Shown: piece by piece, positions 54,214 through 64,000 of the stretch | Numbering within the stretch: the first letter of the stretch is position 1 | Layout: the number at the start of each line of letters is the position of its first letter | Assembly: GCA_951406725.2 (NCBI GenBank) | Contig: OX597821.1 | Coordinates: 35,216,001 to 35,280,000 of the forward strand | Source: Octopus vulgaris | Lineage: Eukaryota | Length of the DNA stretch: 64,000 nucleotides | Direction: 5' to 3' | The notes under the pieces: generated by a model | Seen by the model: only the letters and a program-made list of their open reading frames with translations | The model's database searches: none | Told to the model about the DNA's origin: nothing | Program-made: the position numbers and the translations under genes

Positions 54214-54583
54214 CAAAAAAGGGTAATAACATAGATTACTACCAGTGGCCCAGCACAAATGACGAATTAGTCATTAGACAAAATATTATTCATATAGAAA
54301 AATATTATTCATATAGAAATATAATTAAGGGCTCCTAAATAAGGATGCCAAGTGCTAGGGACACAAAAATTTAGGGATAAATTCATCGAGAGTGAAAATC
54401 AAAAACATTTACCATTAACGATACATCCAGGACTGATTTAATTATTTAATTTATATTAAAATTTTATGTTTGATCCCTTTTCTTGTTTGGTTTTAAAACA
54501 GAAAGAAAATGTTTGCTAAGGCTCGAATTATATCATATAGACGCCTATATATATATATCATAGATGCTCAGATATATTAGACC

Positions 54584-54650
<67 letters not shown>

Positions 54651-56229
54651 CATACATACATATACATGTACATATATATATATATGTATGCCTGTGTATG
54701 TTTATTATATAGAAAAGTGAGAGCCGGCACGAACTTTTCTTTGCAGCTGGCCGGCGATATTTTGAGACGGCGAGGAAGAATTTATGCTGCTGCTCTCTTT
54801 ACCTAAAAAAAGAAATATCAGTTAAATGTATATCAAATCACGTCCCTATATAAATAACATTAAATAACGTAGTTCTGCATCTCTATAAATGAATAGTGCT
54901 TTCACGGTTGGAATGTCTTTAATCGTAAATCCGGATTAACCTAGTGCTTAGGCAACGACCTATGTGTGGTGTGATTTAAAAAGCAATTCAGGGACGACTC
55001 TAATTTTGTAACTGTCTACATTTCCATCTATAATTATTCGCATCATTAACTTCATTTTTATAGATGAAAGCTGTTTTAATATTTATATAAACTTTCGTTT
55101 AATTAGTTTCATTTCTAACTGTCATCATATATCCGTTTCGCATATTTGCACGCACATTTTGCACCGGACTAGATGCGAACAAGAAGAGTTTATTTGTAAA
55201 GGGATCCTCTTACACTAATAATTAATCCTTCAGTTTTGGATTATTTTCATTCATTTTTATAACCAACCAACCAACCACATCCAGCTGATTTTATTGCGAG
55301 GTTGACTAATTCAGTGAATTTTTGTTAGACTCAAAGATTGGGATCATACAACTTTTCTATGTACTACATTTTTGATGCTTCTCTTTCCAGTTATGGGCAT
55401 TTGCCTTATATTTATGGTAAATTGATTACATAACGGCATATAATTTCAATTTCCTAACACACGTGTTCAATCATTCCAGACTTTGATTTTTCTCCTCCTC
55501 TTAATATCATTTTCGAATCCATCTTTTCGTGTTTTATATTGTTTTCCTAAAATTCACACGTCTTTAGATTAAAACTACGTTGTCAAAATAAAATCCAACG
55601 TTAATCATGCCTGTGCGGAGATATCTTACAAATATGATTATGTAATATATTTCTAAATATATTTTCCGATTTGCTGAAAAAAAAAATCACAATATATCAC
55701 ACTTTCTCAATTGACAGCTTTCCAGGATTTTTGGAAAAATATAACAGGTTTCTACATTTGAAGGTGTGTGAGAACGAGTCGTAACTCGTCTATCTTATCT
55801 CCTTGATTTCCCGTTCATCTTACTATTGTCAGTGACGACAACATAAACAAAAAAGGAAGTTTTATTTTTCTTCATGCGACTGTGTGCATTTGCATTGGAC
55901 TTGCCATATTTTTTATCTCTGTTGTTTACATAACTTAACATCTCTATAAACACTATGTTACTGAAAGTAATTATTGAGACATGTTTCTTATTTGTTCTGT
56001 TGATGTTATTACACAAACAGTGGGTGACAAAAGAGTAGACAACGGAAGGTTAATGGACATCGTCCGTAAACTCGAATGAAGGAGAATCACAGCTCTCAAT
56101 CTTCAGCGTTAAGAAACGAATAAGGATTGATATAAATGATCTTTTGCGAATGTTCGCGCATCAGAAATTTATATATATTTTTTCATACTTTGTTCTCTCA
56201 TTTTATTTAGATCAATCAATGAGTATTTG

Positions 56230-57060
56230 TATTTTCAGGAAATATCATTGAAATAAAAGGCCTTCCGTTATATACAATGTTTGATCTCACAGTTGAAAAG
56301 CAGCAAAACCGATTTCTACTCATCCAGTATATAAATTCGAAACTCAATAAATGGGGTTACAAATTTTGGTTACTTGAAGCTTCCTTTTACAAATATTTAT
56401 ATAAAGGTAAACCAGCTCGGAGAAAGATCTCGTTCGCAATGATGACATCAGTATTTACTTATTAATGGGTCTACTAAAACCCTTTCCCTTACTACAGACA
56501 ATTACTTTACCAATTTGTATTTGGCTTCTGATTATACCCAAGAAATAGGTTAGGGTACAATCAAAAGACAGTTTCTGCTGGAGGAAGCCTAACAAAAGCC
56601 AAACCATTCCATAGATAAGAAATATACATTTCCCCGTTTGACTGTATTCTTACAATATACAAAAGAAAGACTTCAAAGTTGAATGGAGAAATCTGTAGTG
56701 GAAGATGAATAACACGAAGAAAACTACTCGATAACATAGATGAAGACTGCACCTGCAATTGGGAAACTAAGCATTGGTCCATAGCCATTCGGTTCAATAT
56801 TCTTCACTTATCTTTTATGAACGATTATATTGCATTCAATGTGGACATGGTTGAAATATGTCACTACACAAAATTCTGTTGGAGTTGCATGTACGTCTAA
56901 GAATAAAAAATCCAGTGAATCAGATGATGACAATACGAACTACATAGTTGGTTTTCTACTAAGAATATTGAAACGACATTGCAAATAGGGGTGTTTTGCT
57001 TCATTGTAAGATTTGTAATGAAGTGTGATGTGCCACTCATGTAGAAGTGAAAAATCAATT
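56230..57060 (+). mobile_element. piggyBac transposase remnant
   Basis: LTVEKQ..F..IQYINSKLNKWGYKFWLL...YKGK, TTDNYFTNL, and a Cys-rich end KCDVPL; these match piggyBac DE..QY..KP.KWG.K, DN.FTS and C-terminal Cys motifs. Confidence 0.8.
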
Positions 57061-57224
57061 GAAGGAAGATAGGTTGTGAACGTCTTGAGCTGTGTTTGTA
57101 GATTTTAAAATTGTTAAAATGTTTATCTTGGTTTCATATTTCAGTTATGCATAGAGGATATTTTCCTTGAATGCAAGATGCTTCTTTGAATGAATAATGA
57201 TAACGTCTAATGACAAATCATTGA

Positions 57225-57418
57225 TGATTTTGGCAGAAGGCAAGCAATTTTGAGAGAACGAGAACCACAGTTTTCAGCTGATACTTTTTTAAAGACCCCG
57301 AAAAGACGAAAGGGAAAATCGATCGCTACAGCATTTGAACTTAGAATGTAAACAACCAGAAGATACGCCGTCACACATTTTGTCGAACGCGGCACGATAC
57401 TGCCAGCTCCTCGCCACA
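57225..57418 (-). mobile_element. Degenerate SINE family A
   Basis: gaccccgaaaagacgaaagggaaaatcga...ttgaacttagaatgt...ctgccagctc. Confidence 0.7.
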
Positions 57419-57472
57419 AATGACAAAGTATATCAAAACCTGAAAATATACGCTAGAGAAAAATAATGAGTA

Positions 57473-57695
57473 TCTCTCTTTTACTCTCTTTTACTTGTTT
57501 CAGTCATTTGACTGCGACCATGCTGGAGCACCGCCTTTAGTCGAGCAAATCGACCCCAGGACTTATTCTTTGTAAGTCTAGTACTTATTCTATCGGTCTC
57601 TTTTGCCGAACCGCTAAGTTACGGGGACGTAAACACACCAGCATCGGTTGTCAAGCAATGCTAGGGGGACAAACACATACACACAAACATACACA

Positions 57696-57756
<61 letters not shown>

Positions 57757-57930
57757 GTATACATATATACGACGGGCTTCTTTCAGTTTCCGTCTACCAA
57801 ATCCACTCACAAGGCTTTGGTCGGCCCGAGGCTATAGTAGAAGACACTTGCCCATGGTGCCATACACTGAGAATGAACCCGGAGCCATGTGGTTGGTAAG
57901 CAAGCTACTTACTACACAGCCACCCCTGCG
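57473..57930 (-). mobile_element. SINE family B, full length
   Basis: Reverse complement of the 37824 and 42778 copies. Confidence 0.93.
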
Positions 57931-58288
57931 ACAAAAAATATATAAACGAAAACGATTATTCAGGAATGATTTGTAAGCAAAGAGATTTGACTGGTTGTTC
58001 TGGATGGTAGACGTATCCGGTAGTTCTATGGTGTTAAAAAACTGCAACACTGTAAATGTGACATAAATTTCGTTATACTAAAATGCAGAGTTCGATGGTG
58101 CATACCAAAATATTTGCATTTGGAAGACTGGCGTCTATCAAAATATTGATATTATCTGTTTAGTACTATAAAAGTTAGATGCTGGTTAGTTAGATACGAG
58201 AGAGAAACGCACATGTTCATGTGTGGTCACAAACATACACATTGTATATGTAATATAATACGATATGATATAAAATTATACATATTGA

Positions 58289-58670
58289 GGCGCAGGAGTG
58301 GCTGTGTTGCAAGTAGCTTGCTTACCAAGTACATGGTTCCGGGTTCAGACACACTGCTTGACATCTTCGGCAAGTGTCTTCTGCTATAACCTCGGTCCGA
58401 CCAAAGCTTTGAGAGTGGATTTACTAGATGGAAACTGAAAGAAGCACGTTGTATATATATGTGTGTAAGTGTGCGTGTGTGTGTATGTTTGTGTGTCTGT
58501 GATTGTTCCCCCACCATCGTTTGAGAACCGTTACATAGCGGTTAGGTAAAGGAGATCGATAGAATAAGTATTAGAGTTACAAAGTGTCCTGAGTTAAAGT
58601 TGTTCGACTAAAGGCAGTACTCCAGCATGGCCGAAGTCAAATGACCGAAACAAATAAAAGAGTAAAAGAA
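58289..58670 (+). mobile_element. SINE family B
   Basis: GGCGCAGGAGTGGCTGTG head through the GAAACAAATAAAAGAGT tail. Confidence 0.9.
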
Positions 58671-58760
58671 AAAAGAAATACACATACATACATATATATT
58701 TTTTATTTCTTAAAAAATATTGTTTAAATACATTTGCTTATTTATTTAACTATTATCATT

Positions 58761-58860
58761 AACCTGAAGATTGACTATAATTATAATTCGAATTTTTAAT
58801 TGAATTAAAATTCATTGTAATTCGAATTGGGTTATGGCCATGAAACGTATGTAGTAGTTT
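58761..58860 (+). ncRNA. Hammerhead-like motif with very long stem II
   Basis: CTGAAGA-T-TGACTATAAT...(AT hairpin)...GTTATGGCCA-T-GAAA-CGTATG-TA. Confidence 0.5.
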
Positions 58861-59212
58861 TACTTATTATATTATATTAAACTTTTTAATACTTTTTGAT
58901 AGTTAAAAAAAAAATTAATAAATTAAAAAATTAAAAGATTAAAAGTTTAAAAATTTATAAATTTAAAATTTAAAAAATATAAAAAATATAAAAATTTAGA
59001 AATATAAATTTAAAATATTAAATTTAAATAATTTAAATTTTATATTTTATATATTTTGTATATTATATTAATTATATTTATTTTTATGTTTTGGTTTTAT
59101 GCTTTTCACTGTTTGATTTGCCTAATAGTGGTTTTATCTCTAATTTAATTTATATTTATACTGTGAAATTTGATTTAATCCTAAATCTAATTTTTCCCTG
59201 TAAGTTTGGATT

Positions 59213-59254
<42 letters not shown>

Positions 59255-60371
59255 GTGTATGTGAATGGCTGTGTGTGTATGTGTGTGTGTGCTTGAATTT
59301 CAAAATCATGACAATGTAATTCTAAATAAAAGTTTATTTGTCTACATGTTATTTTGATCCTAACAGATTCTTATCAAAATAAATCTGTAGTAAAAGAAAA
59401 CCTTGCTTATTCTCAGCAAGCTAGATTTTGTATCTAAGCTCAGTACACAGCGTTCGGAGAGTTCCGGTTTGTCTGATAATATGTGCAGTCTGATATCCAC
59501 AATCGTTCCTACCATAGAAAAAGAAAAACAGAAATACCTACGAATATGTACAGCTTTATTATTCGATAAAGAAGGATATGTAATTAAATATTCTACAGGG
59601 GGTTAATGATAGTTTGTTTAATTGAAAACCACATTCTCCTGACTTTCAAATTTGTGTTTATTTCTAAACGTTACAAAACTTCAACAAACCTTAAGAACTA
59701 AAGCAAAAGAACGTATATGCGCGCGCATGTACACACACACATATATACACACACACATACACATACACACACTCACACATACACATACATACACAAACTC
59801 GCTCACACACACAGAGACAAACACAGATACACAGACATGCAAACACATTGACAAACCTACCAACACATGCATAATACATACATGCATACACATATGCAGT
59901 CACATACACACACAGACACACAAATACACACATACACGCATTGACAAATACAGATATATTTAAATGTATATGTATACATACTCACATGTGTAGACATATA
60001 CACACATAAGTTCATATATATAGTCACACAAACACACATGCATATATATATATATATATTTAAGCAAATATACATGCGGATGTGGATGTATACATTTGCA
60101 TTGACAACAAATCCCCATATGGCTTTCGTTATGAGAGTCGCATTAATAACACCACAATGCTTTTGCTGCCACCACAATCAGGATCAGCATCGTCGTTAAC
60201 AAGTACTCCCAGACCAGCACCTCTAGCACCATCACTACAACTAGGACCATCACATACACGAAAGAGTACATATATTAACCCGTGTGACCTCTAATATAGC
60301 CTCGGGCCAAACAAATACTTGTCAGGCAGTAGTTTTGGTAGACGGAAACTAGAAGTAAAATATATACATGT

Positions 60372-60440
<69 letters not shown>

Positions 60441-60560
60441 CAAGAAGGATATCCAGAGGTAATGCAGTACGATCGTTTCATGCGACTCCATTTAATTGAA
60501 CAATGCAATCATTTCATTACATCAATTTAAAATGTAGAATAATCTTCAGCTGCACAAAGT

Positions 60561-60635
<75 letters not shown>

Positions 60636-60854
60636 ATGCATTTCATTCACAGACAGAGATGCAAATACATGTTCAATTACACACACACGCAAACATAAAT
60701 TCGTGTAATATTTTGTTCATTAACGAGGACTAATTAGTAAAATACATAAACAGAATTAGTGCATTCCAATAAATATACAATTTTGAAAATTTCTTTGAAA
60801 CGTAACGCTCCCTAGCATATGATTGAATAAGGGAGTAGCATGATAATACATGTG

Positions 60855-61144
60855 GAGGCACATGGCCTAGTGGTTAGAGCAGCGGACTCGCGGTCGAAGG
60901 ATCGCGGCTTCGAATCTCAGACCGGGCGATGTGTGTGTCTATGAGCGAAACACATAAGCTCCACGAGAATCCAGCAGAAAGTAATGGCGAACTTCTGCTG
61001 ACTCTTTCGCCACAACGTTCTCTCACTCTTTCCTCCTGCATCTTGCGACGGACCGGCGTCCCGTCCAAGTGGGGAACCTATACACCAAGAAAACCGGGAA
61101 ACCGGCCCTTATGACCCAGGCGTGGCTCAAGAAGGAACAAACAA
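60855..61144 (+). mobile_element. tRNA-derived SINE family C (V/Meta-SINE-like core)
   Basis: TGGCCTAGTGG A box, TTCGAATC B box, GCGACGGACCGGCGTCCCGTCCA core, (ACAA) tail; second copy at 63664. Confidence 0.9.
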
Positions 61145-61445
61145 ATGATAATATATACAGAATAATATTCGTGAACATAGCAAACGTAACGATTTAATTA
61201 ATTTCCACCCCACAATGTAGAAAATGCATCACATATTTATCCAAATGAAATACACAAAACCGTGATATAATTATACGGGGAAACACAATTTTGTCCTTAG
61301 GTAGCAAGTGTTATTTCCTATCTGTTTACTCCTAGAAAATATGAAAAATAGCTAATATTTCTTTCAAACAAGAAAGAATCCCTCTGAACACATGGTTATG
61401 ATCTTCCGCCACTATTGCTGCTCATGATCTGAGACGCACGTATAT

Positions 61446-61671
61446 ATTTCTTTATTGCCCACAGGGGGCTAAACATAGAGGAGACAAACAAGGACAGACA
61501 AGGGGATTAAGTCGTTTATATCGACCCCAGTGCGTGACTGGTACTTATTTAATCGACCTCGAAAGGATGAAAGGCAAAGTCGAGCTCGGCGGAATTTGAA
61601 CTCAGAACGTAACGGCAGACGAAATACCGCTAGGCATTTCGCCCGGCGTGCTAACGTTTCTGCCAGCTCGC
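61446..61671 (-). mobile_element. SINE family A monomer with Tx1-like tail
   Basis: Reverse complement ends TATGTTTAGCCCCCTGTGGGCAATAAAGAAAT. Confidence 0.93.
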
Positions 61672-62212
61672 ACATATTGCCAACCACTAAAGGATAGGAG
61701 CAAGTGGTTAAGGTCAAACAACTGACAAGCAAATCTGTGATATAAAACGGAATATATGCTATAACGATATTTCTGCTTCAGCATCTACAAGCTGAATCTG
61801 TCAGAAATGTAATGGGAATAGGTCAGTTTCAAAACATCGATGTCCAAGTCACAAAATCAAGGATTGAAAGGAGCAGTTGTCATTTCTTTTGATAGAAGCA
61901 AACTGGAAATAACATTTACAGACCACACACACACCAGAAAAAATAATTGTTACACTCTGTTATCTATTCAGTTTTGAAGATAACAGCATTATGTTGATTT
62001 GTTATGTAATCTCTCATATAGCTCTTATGGAATTACAAGAATATTTTAAATCACAAAATACATGATTATCTTTAAAGGATTCCAGCATAGCCGCACTCAA
62101 ATGACTGAAACAAGTAAAAAAATAACATAATGAAAGAATATATAGATGTATACCTACATACATACATACATACATATACATATACATATATATATACATA
62201 CATACATATATG

Positions 62213-62298
<86 letters not shown>

Positions 62299-62414
62299 GA
62301 GAGAGAGAAAGAAAGAGAGAAATAGAGAGAGAGAGAGAGAAATAGACAAATAGCGTTATAATCCGAACCTAAATAGTCTGTCGTCTGATTTCACAGCTTA
62401 CTCAGCGTGTTGTC

Positions 62415-62415
<1 letters not shown>

Positions 62416-62494
<79 letters not shown>
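62416..62494 (+). repeat. (TATC)n microsatellite
   Basis: Directly visible. Confidence 0.97.
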
Positions 62495-62733
62495 CTTTGT
62501 CTGTCCGTCTGTCTCTCTGTCTGTCTGTCTATGCATGCCTACGTACAAACACACATAAGTACATACACATAGGTAACAGATACGCACATATAAGAACAAG
62601 CACGTACGCACACGCACACTCACACGCGCACTCAGACACAGATATAACTTTATAGTACTCAACTTCATGTCACCCGTTGGATCATTTCAGTATATGTAAA
62701 TATAATATTCGGTACATGTGACCAAGTATATGT

Positions 62734-62795
<62 letters not shown>

Positions 62796-63057
62796 ATATG
62801 TATGTATATAATGTCATGCTATGTGTGTATATTTGAGTATGTGTGTTGTAGACGAAGCTATTATTTTTACTCGGAATTACATATTAAGAAATGCCCAGTA
62901 AGGAAAATATTCTGTTCAAACATCACCGGGTATGGATGGGTCTGTATAGAGAAATACAACTCTGCTTGAACGTGATACTTATCACGAGACATATTTATAC
63001 AAATGGCTATCTATCTCTCTATCTCTCCATCTACCTTTCTACTTTCCTCTCACCCTC

Positions 63058-63099
<42 letters not shown>

Positions 63100-63663
63100 A
63101 ATATCTTAGAATACAAGCAAGCATATGAATATCTAAATGCAGTTGTATATATAGTTTGAAATTCTGTTTATACACGTGTATGTATATCTGTGTATTCTTG
63201 TGTTGGTATGTCTATTTTCCGTCCCTACGCAGTGTGCTTTCCATAGTTTATATGTATGTTATTAGGGCTACTAATGTTTACATATCTTGTAGAGTCTTGG
63301 AAAACTAACCTATTTCTAGAACACATGAAAGCCCACATATGTATAAATTCCATTGTGTAAACACACACCACGGTAACATATGAATACATTTTCGTTTTCA
63401 GAAGACCTATATTTCAGCAAAGAAATTTAGTAAAATAAACTATAAAGAAGCGATAAGTATGTCATTTAAACAGATTTTTGTCACTATCCACATTATTAAT
63501 AATAATGAATCAGCATTGAACCCCTGAAGGATATGTTTCTCTCCCTTAGTAAGACTTCATTCAGCTGCAAGTGATTTAGAAAGTCACTGGATTTAACGGT
63601 GACTGATGTCTAATAGGCTTAAGCTACATGAGTAATTAATAAAGTATAATAATTATTGTTTGT

Positions 63664-63950
63664 GGAGGCACAAGGCCTAGTGGTTAGAGCAGCGGACTCA
63701 CGATCGAGGGATCGCAGGTTCGAATCTCAGACCGGTCAATGTGTGTGTTAATGAGCGAAAACACCTAAGCACCACGGAGGTAATGGCGAAACTTCTGCTG
63801 ATTCTTTCGCCACAACTTTCTCTCACACTTTCCTCCTGTATCTTGCAGCTCACCTGCGACGGACCGGCGTCCCGTCCAGGAGGGGAACCTATACGACAAG
63901 AAACAGGGAAACCGGCCCTTATGAGCCAAGCATGGCTCGAGAAGGAACAA
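63664..63950 (+). mobile_element. SINE family C
   Basis: Matches 60855-61144. Confidence 0.9.
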
Positions 63951-64000
63951 AAAAAATGCTTTGCCGTAGTAAATTTCACCATGTCTACCAGAAGGCTAGC

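Noticed and set aside
60855-60930. tRNA-like sequences (also 63664, 9238, 37824)
   Set aside because: A and B boxes are present, but they run into SINE bodies, differ between copies and lack a proper acceptor stem; they are SINE heads, not tRNA genes.

Overview
Eukaryotic, AT-rich, extremely microsatellite-rich genomic DNA. The three tRNA-derived SINE families look like those I recall from Octopus (coleoid cephalopod); this assignment is inferred from the repeats, not from a database search. Almost all ORFs in the track are microsatellite or antisense artefacts. Recognisable content: a Tc1 transposase tail, two decayed DIRS-type tyrosine-recombinase remnants, RTE and CR1/L2-group LINE fragments, a piggyBac transposase remnant, a piggyBac MITE, a Tc1/pogo MITE, non-autonomous Helitrons, Penelope-like fragments with minimal hammerhead motifs, about 20 SINE copies, a possible decayed LRR gene and one good candidate host exon (26339-26584, minus). 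The most notable system is a Tx1-clade LINE found four times, always inside (TATC)n arrays and in the same orientation, including a head-to-tail pair at 30034-34370. Its 3' terminus is also carried by one SINE family, suggesting a microsatellite-targeting Tx1 element with a SINE partner.
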